From contig DATJPY010000014.1 of NCBI GenBank assembly GCA_035506135.1, positions 23,472-87,471 on the forward strand: DNA of 64,000 nucleotides. The letters are read 5' to 3'. The position numbers and the translations under genes were made by a program. This stretch comes from Myxococcota bacterium. Lineage in GTDB: Bacteria; Myxococcota_A; UBA9160; PR03. This document shows positions 1 through 12,681 of the stretch, one piece after another (within the stretch, counting starts at the first letter, position 1; the number at the start of each line of letters is the position of its first letter). The notes under the pieces are model-generated. The model searched no databases. It was given only the letters and a program-made list of their open reading frames with translations, and was not told the origin of the DNA.

Positions 1-2
1 CC

Positions 3-134
3 TACGTGATCGAGGACCTGCAGTCGACCAACGGCACCAAGGTCAACGGCAAGCGGGTGCGCAGCGTCACGCTCGCGGCCGGCGACGAGATCCAGATCGG
101 CCACACGCTCTTCGAGTTCGTCGCCGGCTGTTGA
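3..134 (+). CDS. FHA domain-containing protein, C-terminal fragment (5' end outside window)
   Basis: Frame 3 from the window edge reads YVIEDLQSTNGTKVNGKRVRSVTLAAGDEIQIGHTLFEFVAGC, then TGA at 132-134. This matches the conserved C-terminal half of an FHA domain (StNGT.vNg ... gD.i.iG...f.F). Confidence 0.7.
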   Translation, partial: YVIEDLQSTNGTKVNGKRVRSVTLAAGDEIQIGHTLFEFVAGC

Positions 135-228
135 CTTCGCTCGGCTTCGCCTCGCTGCGCGCGATCGCTTCGCGATCGCTGGCCGATGCTCCAGGCGATC
201 GCATGGCCCCAGACGCCGCAGAGCTGAC

Positions 229-900
229 CTAGCCTCCGGCGGGACCTTCGCGCCGGCCCGAGGCCTGGTGGCTGCGGAAGCCGCGCTCGATCCACTCGAC
301 CAGCTCCTCCTCCGAGTCCGTGACGCGGATCAGGGCGAGGTCTTCGTCCGAGATGGCTCCGTGTCGCAGCGGCTCGGCCGCCAGCCAGTCGAGCATCCCC
401 TGCCAGAACGCGCTGCCGAACAGCACGACGGGGAAGTCGGGCATCTTGCCGGTCTGCTTCAGCGTGATCGCCTCGAAGATCTCGTCGAGCGTGCCGAAGC
501 CGCCCGGCAGCCCGACGAAGCCGCACGAGTACTTCACGAACATCACCTTGCGCACGAAGAAGTAGTCGAAGGACAGGCCGGTCTCGACGTACTCGTTGGT
601 CTCCTGGTCGAAGGGCAGCTCGATGTTGAGCCCGATCGATCGCCCCCCGGCCTCGCGTGCGCCCTGGTTGGCGGCCTCCATCAGGCCGGGCCCCCCCCCG
701 GTGATGATCGAGAAGCCCGCCTTGGCGAGGCGGGCGGCCACGCGCCGGGCGTCCTCGTAGAACGGATGCCCCCGCGCGACCCGGGCACCGCCGAACAGGC
801 TCACCGCGGGCCAGACCGGACGCAGCGTCTCGAAGCCCTCGACGAACTCACCCATGATCTTGAAGACGATCCAGGTGTCCTTGGCGCGCGGGTCGTACAC
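229..900 (-). CDS. LOG family protein (TIGR00730; cytokinin riboside 5'-monophosphate phosphoribohydrolase-like)
   Basis: 223-aa ORF. The GGGPGLMEAANQGA and PGGFGTLDEIFE motifs are diagnostic of the LOG / 'lysine decarboxylase-like' family. Confidence 0.9.
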   Translation of the reverse strand: MYDPRAKDTWIVFKIMGEFVEGFETLRPVWPAVSLFGGARVARGHPFYEDARRVAARLAKAGFSIITGGGPGLMEAANQGAREAGGRSIGLNIELPFDQETNEYVETGLSFDYFFVRKVMFVKYSCGFVGLPGGFGTLDEIFEAITLKQTGKMPDFPVVLFGSAFWQGMLDWLAAEPLRHGAISDEDLALIRVTDSEEELVEWIERGFRSHQASGRREGPAGG

Positions 901-921
901 GCCGTCCGTATCGGGCGCCGC

Positions 922-1308
922 CTAGCGCTTCTTGAAGAGCCCCTCGAGCCGCGCGCGCGCGTCGTCCGCGGCGGCGAGGCCGCGCGCCGGTCCTTCGCGG
1001 GGGGAGAACCAGTCGCAGCGATTGGCCCGCGCGCGGTCGGAGACGCGCTCCGCACCCGGCTCGCGGCACTCGTTGTACGCGCCCAGGTCGTGGTGGGCGC
1101 AGTTGCGGCAGGCGTGGAGGTCGGCCCGACAAGTGGGGCACTCGTCGCGGAAGCCGACGCGCTCGCCGCTGGCGAGCGCGATCGCGGTGCCACACGCGGC
1201 GCAGTTCACGGCGAGTCCGCCGGAGGCCGGCGCACCGCGAGCCGGAGTCTTCGCGGCCGGACGAAGGTCACCCCGCGCACCGTGCGACAGCCAGGCGCGC
1301 GCTGTCAA
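922..1308 (-). CDS. Cys-rich (zinc-ribbon-like) hypothetical protein
   Basis: 128-aa ORF upstream of and co-directional with the LOG gene. Clustered Cys pairs (NCAACG, ECPTCRADLHACRNCAHH, NECRE, NRCDWF) suggest metal binding. The N-terminal 33 aa are low complexity, and an in-frame GTG at 1209 is an alternative start. No family recognised. Confidence 0.55.
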   Translation of the reverse strand: MTARAWLSHGARGDLRPAAKTPARGAPASGGLAVNCAACGTAIALASGERVGFRDECPTCRADLHACRNCAHHDLGAYNECREPGAERVSDRARANRCDWFSPREGPARGLAAADDARARLEGLFKKR

Positions 1309-1358
1309 GCCTCGTCCGGCGCTCGCGCGCCCGAGCCGAGGTGATAGGCTGCGGCGCC

Positions 1359-2003
1359 ATGAAGAGGCCGCTCTCCAGCCGGCTCTGGATCGCCGCCGCC
1401 CTGCTCGCCGCGCTCGCTGCCGGCTCCGCCCCGGCTGCGTCGCCGACCGGAGAGCACGACCTCGTCGACCTGGTGCTCGGCTGGGCGCGCGGCAGCTTCC
1501 GCTCTCCGCTCCTGTGCACGTTCGGCGGAGACACGCACCAGGGCCTGCGCCGCGTGGTGATCGCGCCAGGACCGCCGCAGTCGGAGCGGCGCGTGGATCG
1601 CCTGACCTTCTTCGACATCGACGCGCCGACCGCGACGCGCTGCACGACCGTGCTCGGCGGCGAGCAGCCGAACGCGATCGGCAGCGTGCTGCTCGGCTAC
1701 ACCTCGAAGCGACCCAACTCCGACACGCCGAAGCGCGATTTCGACGAGCTGATTCGCGCGGGCCACCTCGACTTCGAGATCGTCGAGGGAGCCCTGCGCG
1801 TCGGCCCGATCACGACGCCTCCGAAGCAGCTCCCGGAGCACGACTTCGCGCGCGGCACGGCGAGCATCGCAGTGATCAAGGCCAACACCGACGAGGCGCG
1901 CCTCCTGCAGGACTTCGGCCCCACGCGGCGCGTTCGACTCACGCTCCAGGCGCCCGACGGTACGCAGCTCGAGCTCCCGCTCGTCGAGTTCACCGGGCAC
2001 TGA
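1359..2003 (+). CDS. secreted hypothetical protein
   Basis: Track ORF 1341-2003. ATG 1359 gives MKRPLSSRLWIAAALLAALAAGSAPAAS, a classic signal peptide. The stop overlaps the next start (TGATG at 2001-2005). No family recognised. Confidence 0.6.
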   Translation: MKRPLSSRLWIAAALLAALAAGSAPAASPTGEHDLVDLVLGWARGSFRSPLLCTFGGDTHQGLRRVVIAPGPPQSERRVDRLTFFDIDAPTATRCTTVLGGEQPNAIGSVLLGYTSKRPNSDTPKRDFDELIRAGHLDFEIVEGALRVGPITTPPKQLPEHDFARGTASIAVIKANTDEARLLQDFGPTRRVRLTLQAPDGTQLELPLVEFTGH

Positions 2004-3319
2004 TGGCGGCGCCGCGCGCGGGCGACCTCGCCGCGGCGCGCTGGGTTCCGCGCGAAGGCGTCGACCCGGCGGCGCTCGCCGCGCTCCTCGAGCGGGCCGC
2101 GGCCGCGCTCGCCACCGAGGGCGCGGTGCGCAAGGCGAGCCGGCGCAAGACGCTCCACGCCATCGCCCTCGGCGACGGGGTCGACCACCTGCTCAAGGCG
2201 AACGACTACCGCGACGCCCCGCTGCTGCGGCGGCTGCGGCGGAGCAGGTCGGCCCGCGAGCTCGCGCGAGCCAGTGCAGCAGCGGCGCGCGGCGTCCCGA
2301 CGCCGGTTCCGGTCGCGGCGGGCGAGCTCCGGCGCCGCGGACTCCTCGAGCGGTGCTTCCTGCTGGTGCCGCTGGTGCCGGGCGCGGTCGATCTCGAGCG
2401 CCTCCGCGCCGAGAGGGCGCACGCGCCGCGCGAGCGCCGCGCCTGCGAGCGCGCCCTGGGCGCGCTCGCCCGACGGATGCACGACGCCGGCGTCTTCCAG
2501 GAGGACTTCGCGCCCAACAACTTCCTCTGGCGCGCGGATCCGCCACCGAGGCTCTGGGCGATCGACTTCGAGCGCGTGCGTCTGCGCGCCCCGCTCTCGC
2601 GCGCGGCGCGCACCTTGCTGCTCGCCCGGCTCGAGCGCCGGCTCGCGGACGCGTCGGGTGCCGCGCGCATGCGCTTCCTCCTCGCCTACGCGGACGAGGA
2701 CCGCGCCGCCGCGCGGCGCTGGTGGCTCGAGGTGGAGGCGCGGGCGCCGCGCCTCGCCCGACGGGACCGGAGGCGCTGGCAGCGGACCGCCACGCATCCA
2801 TCGCGCCGCTTCGCGCCGATGGAGCGCGCCGGATGGCGGGGCTGGGCGCGGCGCGACGCCGATCCGGCCGCGCTCGCCGGCGTCCTCGACGGGGAGCGCG
2901 TCGGCGAGGCCGCCTTCCTGGTGCGCTGGCTCGGGCGGCTCTCACGCCGCCGCGCCGCGCGCGCCTGGGGGCTCGCCCAGATGCTCTGGCAGCGCGGCGG
3001 CGCCTCACCCAAGCCTCTCGCCCTGCTGCGGTCGAGCCGCGGCGCCGCCCTCGTATTCGAGCGTCCGTCGGGCTGCCAGCGCCTCGACACCCTGGCGGAT
3101 CGGCGGCGCCTCGAGCCGCAGCTCGCGATCGCGCTCGACCGCCTGCTCCGGCTCGGTGCACGCCCCGAGGCGCTCACTGCGGACCGACTCGGCGCCGCGG
3201 CACAGGGCGGCCGCATCTGGCTCCTCGATCCGCTCGTGGTGTCGCCCGGGCGCCGCCCGCCGGTGGAGGTCCACCGCCGCGCACGCGAATGCGCGGCCCG
3301 GCTCGCAGGTACCGGCTAG
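2003..3319 (+). CDS. lipopolysaccharide kinase (Kdo/WaaP/InaA)-like family protein
   Basis: In-frame 438-aa distal part of the 795-aa track ORF, with ATG 2003 overlapping the upstream stop. KASRRKTLHAI, FLLVPLVPGAVDL and HDAGVFQEDFAPNNFLWR...LWAIDFERV resemble the Kdo/WaaP kinase family. The C-terminal ~200 aa look like a second, degenerate copy. Confidence 0.6.
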   Translation: MAAPRAGDLAAARWVPREGVDPAALAALLERAAAALATEGAVRKASRRKTLHAIALGDGVDHLLKANDYRDAPLLRRLRRSRSARELARASAAAARGVPTPVPVAAGELRRRGLLERCFLLVPLVPGAVDLERLRAERAHAPRERRACERALGALARRMHDAGVFQEDFAPNNFLWRADPPPRLWAIDFERVRLRAPLSRAARTLLLARLERRLADASGAARMRFLLAYADEDRAAARRWWLEVEARAPRLARRDRRRWQRTATHPSRRFAPMERAGWRGWARRDADPAALAGVLDGERVGEAAFLVRWLGRLSRRRAARAWGLAQMLWQRGGASPKPLALLRSSRGAALVFERPSGCQRLDTLADRRRLEPQLAIALDRLLRLGARPEALTADRLGAAAQGGRIWLLDPLVVSPGRRPPVEVHRRARECAARLAGTG

Positions 3320-3642
3320 GCCGCGCCCCGGTGCCCGAGTCGCACCCGCTTGACCACGTCCGTGAGCGCGACGATCGCCTGGCGCGCGCTCGCCGGCGGC
3401 TCGCGCCGACAGCTCGTCGCCGCGCGCTCGGCGGCCGCTGCGAGCGGAGGCAGGCCGAGCTCGCCGGCTTCGGCGGCGAGCTCGAGCGCGGCCTTCGCGG
3501 CCTCCTCGAGCTGACCCCGGGCCTCGGCGTCCTGGATCGAATCGATGCGCTCGCCGAGCGCGACGACGAAGCGGTCGAGCCGCTCGAGCGACGGATCGTC
3601 GCTGAGCAGGGAGCGGATGGGACCCTCGGCCGGCGGCTGCAC
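3316..3642 (-). CDS. hypothetical helical protein
   Basis: Strongly GC3-biased reading frame filling a 393-nt gap. GTG at 3642 is the first plausible in-frame start clear of the CPBP gene (108 aa). The protein is Ala/Glu/Leu-rich (DPSLERLDRFVVALGERIDSIQDAEARGQLEEAAKAALELAAEAGELG). No family recognised. Confidence 0.4.
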   Translation of the reverse strand: MQPPAEGPIRSLLSDDPSLERLDRFVVALGERIDSIQDAEARGQLEEAAKAALELAAEAGELGLPPLAAAAERAATSCRREPPASARQAIVALTDVVKRVRLGHRGAA

Positions 3643-3711
3643 GCCCTGCTGATCGGATGCTCGGAGTGGACGCTGTATCGGCGGCTTGCAGCGGTCGCGT
3701 ATGATCCGCAG

Positions 3712-4410
3712 ATGGCCGGTGCCCGAAAGCCGAGCAACTACTCGGTCCTGTTCACCTACGTGCTCCCGTACTTCCTCTACGTGGGCGTGCTCTCGGTCCC
3801 CGCGGAGACCCTCCCCCGCGCGTGGGCCTACGCGCTCGCGCTGGCGGCGAGCGGCGGCGCGCTCGTCTGGGGTTGGCGCTGGTACGTGCCGCTGCGGGGA
3901 CCGCGCAATCCGGTGGGCTCGGCGCTTGCCGGTGTCGGTGCCGGTGTGGCGGGGGTCGCGCTCTGGGTGGCGATCAAGCGGCCCTTCTTTCCGGTGGAGG
4001 GATCCCCCTGGCAGCCCCTGCCCTTCTGGCTCCGGCTCGTCGCATCGGGCACCGTGGTGGCGCTCTTCGAGGAGCTGCTCTTCCGCGGTCTCGTGCTGCG
4101 CACGGCCCTGCAGTGGGACGAGGCACGCCGCGCGGGCTCTCGCGAGGCCCTGGCGGAGGCCCTCCACGAGAGGAGCCCTTTCGGCGTGTCGCCCGGAGCC
4201 TGGAGCCCGGCTGCCCTGCTGGTCTCGAGCGTCGCATTCGCCGCCGGCCACCTGCCGGGCGAGTGGCCTGCGGCCTTCGTCTACGGCCTCCTGATGGCCG
4301 GGCTCTGGATCTGGCGAGGAGATCTGCTGTCCTGCGTCGTGGCGCACGGGACGACCAACGTCGTGCTCGCCGTCTGGGTCCGGGCGACCGGCCAGTGGGC
4401 GCTGTGGTAG
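3712..4410 (+). CDS. CPBP family intramembrane glutamic endopeptidase (CAAX protease/Abi-like)
   Basis: 232 aa from ATG 3712 within track ORF 2353-4410. Multi-TM, with EELLFRG, FAAGH and HGTTN motifs typical of the CPBP family. Confidence 0.85.
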   Translation: MAGARKPSNYSVLFTYVLPYFLYVGVLSVPAETLPRAWAYALALAASGGALVWGWRWYVPLRGPRNPVGSALAGVGAGVAGVALWVAIKRPFFPVEGSPWQPLPFWLRLVASGTVVALFEELLFRGLVLRTALQWDEARRAGSREALAEALHERSPFGVSPGAWSPAALLVSSVAFAAGHLPGEWPAAFVYGLLMAGLWIWRGDLLSCVVAHGTTNVVLAVWVRATGQWALW

Positions 4411-4416
4411 CTGGAT

Positions 4417-4445
4417 TTGTGCATTCGGATGGATTGATCTAAGAT
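4417..4445 (+). promoter_or_regulatory. putative sigma70-like promoter of metH
   Basis: An AT-rich patch that stands out in GC-rich DNA. It reads TTGTGC (4417-4422), a 17-nt spacer, then TAAGAT (4440-4445), ending 9 nt before the metH ATG. Pattern match by eye only. Confidence 0.3.
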
Positions 4446-4454
4446 GGGGCGACC

Positions 4455-8194
<3,740 letters not shown>

Positions 8195-8198
<4 letters not shown>

Positions 8199-8917
8199 GT
8201 GGAACCCTCTGCCTGGTCTCGGGCGGATCGAGCGGGATCGGACGCGCGCTGATCGAGACGCTGCCCTTCGCGCCGGCGCGGGTGGTGAGCCTGAGCCGAC
8301 GGCCGGCGCCGATCGGCGTCCACGTCGCCGTCGATCTCGCCGAGCCCGCCGGCTGGGCGCGCGCGAGCGAGGTCTTCGAGAAGGAGATCGCGGGCTTCGG
8401 CGGCGAGCGGGTGCTCTTCGTCCACGCCGCGGGGACGCTCACACCGATCGGTTTCGCCGGGGAGGTCGATCCGGCCGCCTATCGGCGGAACGTGCTGCTC
8501 AACGGCGCGGCGCCGCAGGTGCTCGGCGACGCCTTCCTGCGCGCACTCCGGACGACGTCCGCCGAGGCGCTGCTGCTCTTCATCGGCTCGGGTGCGGCGT
8601 CCTCGGTCTATCCGGGCTGGTCGAGCTACGGCGCCGGCAAGGCGGCCGTCGCGCAGTGGACGCGCACCGCGGGCGCCGAGCAGGCGCGCCGCGGCCGCCG
8701 CTGCCGGGTCGTCTGCGTCGCGCCGGGCGTGGTGGCGACGGCGATGCAGGAGGAGATCCGCGCTACCGACCGCGAGCGCTTTCCCGAGGTCGAGCGCTTC
8801 GTCGCGCTCGAGCGCGAGGGAGCGCTCCGAGACCCGCGCGAGGTCGCGCGCGAGCTCTGGTCGCTCGTCACCGGAGACCTGCCGAACGGCGCCGTGCTCG
8901 ACCTGCGGACCCGCTGA
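8195..8917 (+). CDS. SDR family oxidoreductase
   Basis: GTG 8195 overlaps the metH stop (GTGA). Carries the glycine-rich motif [12 protein letters not shown] and the catalytic YxxxK (YGAGKAA). Confidence 0.85.
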
Positions 8918-8920
8918 CCC

Positions 8921-9562
8921 GTGCTCCCGTACCGGGCGGTGATCTTCGATCTGGGCGGGGTGGTGATGGGCTCGCCGCTGCACGCGATCGCCGCCTACGA
9001 GCGGGACCTCGGGATCCCGGCCGGCTTCGTGAACCGTCTCGTGGTCGCCGGCGGCGCCGCGGGCGCGTGGTCGCGACTCGAGCGGGGTGAGCTCACGCTC
9101 GAAGCGTTCTTCCCGGCGTTCGACCGCGAGTGCGCCGAGGCCGGCCATACGATCTCGGCGCGCGCGATGATGGAGCGCATCGCCGCGGCGGCGGTCCCGC
9201 GTCCCGCGATGCTGGAGGCGATCCGCTGCATCCGGGGCCGCGGCCTCTCCACCGCGGCGCTCACCAACAACTGGGTGGGCGAGGACCGCGCCGCCGGCCC
9301 GGAGCGCGGCTGGCTGGGCGAGCACTTCGACGTCGTGGTGGAGTCGAGCGCCGTGGGCCTGCGCAAGCCCGATCCGCGCATCTACACGCTGGTGCTGCAG
9401 CGGCTGCGCGTCGACGCGGCCGAGGCGATCTTCCTGGACGACATCGGCGGCAACCTGAAGCCGGCACGCGGGCTCGGGCTCACCACGATCAAGGTCGACG
9501 ATCCGGGCTCCGCGCTCGCCGCGCTCTCCACCTGCCTCGGCTTTCCGCTCCAGGTCGCCTGA
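8921..9562 (+). CDS. HAD family hydrolase (subfamily IA, epoxide-hydrolase N-terminal phosphatase-like)
   Basis: 213-aa ORF with a GTG start. FDLGGVV motif I, ALTNN, GLRKPD and FLDDIGGNL motifs. Confidence 0.85.
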   Translation: MLPYRAVIFDLGGVVMGSPLHAIAAYERDLGIPAGFVNRLVVAGGAAGAWSRLERGELTLEAFFPAFDRECAEAGHTISARAMMERIAAAAVPRPAMLEAIRCIRGRGLSTAALTNNWVGEDRAAGPERGWLGEHFDVVVESSAVGLRKPDPRIYTLVLQRLRVDAAEAIFLDDIGGNLKPARGLGLTTIKVDDPGSALAALSTCLGFPLQVA

Positions 9563-9630
9563 CGTTGCACCGCTCGCAAAACCGCTGTGTCTTCCCTATG
9601 TTCCGGCGGTTCCCGCAGGCGGAGTCCGAG

Positions 9631-10644
9631 ATGTCCCGAGTGCACGTCGCGGTCGCCGGTGCGACCGGCGCGGTGGGCGCAGAGTTCCTGAGGCTGCTCG
9701 AGAAGCGCGCCTACCCGCTGCGCAGTCTCAGGCTGCTCGCCAGCAAGCGAAGCGTCGGCCGCACGCTCCCGTTCCGCGGCGAGGCGATCGCGGTCGAGGA
9801 GCTCACCGAGGAGAGCTTCCGGGGCGTCGACCACGCCTTCTTCAGCGCCGGCGCGGCGCAGGCCCGACGTTTCGCCCCGGCGGCCGCCGCCGCGGGCGCC
9901 GTCGTGATCGACAACTCGAGCGCCTACCGCTACGAGGACGAGGTCCCGCTCGTCGTGCCGGAGATCAACGGCGCCGACGCGTTCTCCCACAAGGGCATCA
10001 TCGCGAATCCCAACTGCACGACGATCGTGGCGCTGATGGCGATGGCGCCGCTGCACCGCGCCTTCGGGGTGCGGCGCGCGGTGATGTCGAGCTACCAGGC
10101 CATCAGCGGCGCGGGCGCGCAGGCGATGGCGGAGCTGGACCGCCAGGTGCACGACTGGGTCGCGGGCCGACCCCTCGAGGTCAAGCACCAGCCCAGGCAG
10201 ATCGCCTTCAACGTGATTCCCCGGATCGACGCGGTGCAGGACAACTTCTACACCAAGGAGGAGATGAAGTTCCTCTGGGAAGGGCGCAAGATCCTTCACC
10301 ACGCCGCCCTGCTCGCCACGGCCACCTGCGTGCGGGTGCCCGTGTTCCGCTCCCACGCGGTGTCGCTCAACCTCGAGCTCGAGAAGCCGGCGACGCGCGA
10401 CGCCGCCCTGACGGCCCTGCGCGCCGCGCCGGGGGTGCGCGTGCAGGACGATCCGGGCGCCGAGGTCTACCCGACCCCGCTCGAGACGAGCGGGCTCGAC
10501 GACGTCTTCGTCGGACGCGTGCGCTCCGACGTCTCGGTGCCCGATGGGCGAGGCCTCTGTCTCTGGGCGGTCGGCGACCAGCTCGGCAAGGGCGCGGCGC
10601 TCAACGCCGTGCAGATCGGCGAGCTCCTGCTGCGCGGCCAGTAG
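9631..10644 (+). CDS. asd: aspartate-semialdehyde dehydrogenase
   Basis: 337 aa from ATG 9631 within track ORF 9130-10644. VAVAGATGAVG dinucleotide motif and IIANPNCTTI active-site Cys, with typical Asd length. Confidence 0.95.
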   Translation: MSRVHVAVAGATGAVGAEFLRLLEKRAYPLRSLRLLASKRSVGRTLPFRGEAIAVEELTEESFRGVDHAFFSAGAAQARRFAPAAAAAGAVVIDNSSAYRYEDEVPLVVPEINGADAFSHKGIIANPNCTTIVALMAMAPLHRAFGVRRAVMSSYQAISGAGAQAMAELDRQVHDWVAGRPLEVKHQPRQIAFNVIPRIDAVQDNFYTKEEMKFLWEGRKILHHAALLATATCVRVPVFRSHAVSLNLELEKPATRDAALTALRAAPGVRVQDDPGAEVYPTPLETSGLDDVFVGRVRSDVSVPDGRGLCLWAVGDQLGKGAALNAVQIGELLLRGQ

Positions 10645-10647
10645 GCG

Positions 10648-11346
10648 CTAGCCGAGCACGAACTCGCTCATCGGGTGCGACTCGACGCGTTCGATGTCGA
10701 GGAAGCTCCGCACGCTCGCCAGCATGCGCCCCAGGTTCTCGCGCAGCTTCGCGGGGTCGCCGCCGGCCTTGTACCAGAGCATCGGGTCGACGACCGCCTC
10801 GCTGGGGAAGCCCTCCTCCACGATGCCGGCCCACGGCGGCGCGCCCTCGGTGAGCGCGCGCACGACGACGTTGCGCACGTAGAGATAGGTGCACTGGATC
10901 TCGAGCGCGAGCGGCGAGTGCCGCTCGTGCCACGTCGCGATCCAGTCGGCCTGGCTGAGTCGCTCGGGGCGCTCGATGCAGGTGAGCATCGTGATGCCTG
11001 GCGTGCGCTCGCCGGGAGGCGCGCGATGCGTCGTGTTGCGGAGCGGGACCGACTCGGTCACCAGGTAGCCCGCGATTCGCTCCGCGTGCGGCCGGAGCAC
11101 CGTCTCGACGGCGCCCCGCGTGTCGACGCAGTCGAGCCAGACGCCGACCATGCCGGCGATCGGGTTCTCCATGTGCGTGATGCGCGCCTTCTGCACGGCT
11201 TCGGCGTGTGCATCGGCCGCGAGCACCGTGAGCGGCGCGCGCGCCAGCGGCGCGAGGCGCGGCGCCACCTCGCCGAGCAGCGCACGCGCGAACGCCGCCT
11301 TGGGCTCGGCGGGCCGCCTCCACAGCACGTAGACGAGCTTCTCCAT
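10648..11346 (-). CDS. hypothetical protein (possibly EthD-like / dimeric alpha-beta barrel)
   Basis: 232-aa ORF with normal composition (MEKLVYVLWRRP... start reminiscent of EthD-type proteins). The family assignment is weak. Confidence 0.6.
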   Translation of the reverse strand: MEKLVYVLWRRPAEPKAAFARALLGEVAPRLAPLARAPLTVLAADAHAEAVQKARITHMENPIAGMVGVWLDCVDTRGAVETVLRPHAERIAGYLVTESVPLRNTTHRAPPGERTPGITMLTCIERPERLSQADWIATWHERHSPLALEIQCTYLYVRNVVVRALTEGAPPWAGIVEEGFPSEAVVDPMLWYKAGGDPAKLRENLGRMLASVRSFLDIERVESHPMSEFVLG

Positions 11347-11371
11347 CCGGGCCCTCCCGAGGCGGAGCAGT

Positions 11372-11842
11372 CTAGCCGCTGTGCGCGGCCTGCCGGTCGC
11401 AGCCCTCGAGCCGCTGCTTCAGGTTCGCGAGCAGCGCGCGCTGGGCGTCCCGCGCGCGCGCCACGACGAAGGCGCGGAGCGCCCGCGGGCACTCGATCGC
11501 CACGGACTCGCGCACCGCCGTCCGATCCGTCGCGAGCGCCTCCAGCGAGAAGCCGCCGCGGAGGCGGATCCCGAGCGCCGCCCGGGTCGCGAAGGCGACG
11601 CACCGAGCCTCCCGGTCGGGACGCAGCTCGACGTGGAGCCGGCTGCGGAGCGGCAGGCCGAGGAGCGGGACCCGCTCGACGGCGTCGAACGCGCGCGCGC
11701 GCGGCGGCGCTCTGACCTCGCGCACCTCGACGAGCAGCGGCTGGAGGCCGAGGAACCGCTCCGGCTCGGCCAGCTCGGCGAAGACGCGCGCGAGAGGTGC
11801 CTCGATCTCGACGGCGCACTCGAAGTGCGCGGCCGCGCTCAG
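11372..11842 (-). CDS. SRPBCC family protein (polyketide cyclase/dehydrase-like), start uncertain
   Basis: Distal part of track ORF 11372-12184. HFECAVEIEAPLARVFAELAEPERFLGLQP is a typical SRPBCC N-terminus. The only start-like codon next to it is CTG at 11842, which overlaps the upstream stop as CTGA. Confidence 0.6.
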   Translation of the reverse strand: MSAAAHFECAVEIEAPLARVFAELAEPERFLGLQPLLVEVREVRAPPRARAFDAVERVPLLGLPLRSRLHVELRPDREARCVAFATRAALGIRLRGGFSLEALATDRTAVRESVAIECPRALRAFVVARARDAQRALLANLKQRLEGCDRQAAHSG

Positions 11843-12681
11843 CCCGTGGCCTCGGCGGCGCTCCGGTAGCGCTCGAGCAGAGGCATCACCTCCTCGCGCG
11901 GGCTCGACGGGACCCCGAAGATCGCGCGGGTGACGCCCGCGTCGCGCAGGCGCCCGAGCAGGGCGGGATCGGGCGGGCAGTAGTAGATCGAGACCTCGAT
12001 CGAGGCGGGATCGCGGCCCGCCTCCTCGGCCATCTTGCGCAGCTCCGGCAGCCGGCGCAGCGCGCCGGCCGGATCGCCGACGGGGATCCATCCGTCGCCG
12101 TAGCGGATCGCGCGCTTCGCGGCGCCCGGGAAGGCGCCGCCGACGTGGATCGGCGGATGCGGCTTCTGCACCGGCTTCGGCCACTGGAAGATCGGATCGA
12201 AGTCGACGTGCTCGCCGTGGTACTCGGCGCGGCTCTGCGTCCAGATCGCCTTCATCGCCTCGATGCGCTCTCGCAGCACCTTCCAGCGATCGCCGAGGCG
12301 GGTGCCGTGGTTGTTCATCTCGTCCTCGTTCCAGCCGGCGCCGACCCCGAACAGGAAGCGACCGCCCGAGAGCTGGTCCAGCGACGCCACTTCCTTCGCC
12401 GTCTGGATCGGGTCGCGCTGGATCACCAGGCAGATCCCGGTGCCGAGCTTGAGCGTGCGCGTCACGCTCGCCGCGGCGGCGAGCACGACGAACGGATCCA
12501 TCGCGTCGTAGTACATCTTCGGGAGCTCGCCGCCTCCCGGGAACGGCGTCTTCCGACTGACGGGGATGTGCGAGTGCTCGGCCACCCAGATCGACTCGAA
12601 GCCGCGCTCCTCGGCGGCGACGGCCAGGTCGGGGAAGCGCATCGAGGAGTCGGTCGGGAAGGTGCAGAGGCCGTAGCGCAT
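11839..12681 (-). CDS. LLM class (luciferase-like) oxidoreductase, probably F420-dependent
   Basis: 280-aa ORF. MRYGLCTFPTD, GFESIWVAEH, LDQLSGGRFLFGVGAGW and KPHPPIHVGG motifs of the luciferase-like monooxygenase family. The F420 dependence is inferred from the subfamily look. Confidence 0.85.
   Translation of the reverse strand: MRYGLCTFPTDSSMRFPDLAVAAEERGFESIWVAEHSHIPVSRKTPFPGGGELPKMYYDAMDPFVVLAAAASVTRTLKLGTGICLVIQRDPIQTAKEVASLDQLSGGRFLFGVGAGWNEDEMNNHGTRLGDRWKVLRERIEAMKAIWTQSRAEYHGEHVDFDPIFQWPKPVQKPHPPIHVGGAFPGAAKRAIRYGDGWIPVGDPAGALRRLPELRKMAEEAGRDPASIEVSIYYCPPDPALLGRLRDAGVTRAIFGVPSSPREEVMPLLERYRSAAEATG

Noticed and set aside
932-2002. N-terminal 357 aa of the 795-aa track ORF 932-3319
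   Set aside because: This part is Arg/Ala/Pro-rich. It overlaps the Cys-rich gene on the opposite strand and the secreted-protein gene on the same strand in another frame. Kinase-family similarity begins only after ATG 2003, which forms a TGATG junction.
3316-3642. Hpt (histidine phosphotransfer) domain assignment for the small helical ORF
   Set aside because: The helical, Ala/Glu-rich layout vaguely recalls Hpt. There is no conserved His in an HxxKG context, so it is kept as hypothetical only.
4411-4454. Cobalamin or SAM riboswitch upstream of metH
   Set aside because: Only 44 nt separate the CPBP stop from the metH start, too short for any known riboswitch aptamer. No B12-box-like sequence was seen.
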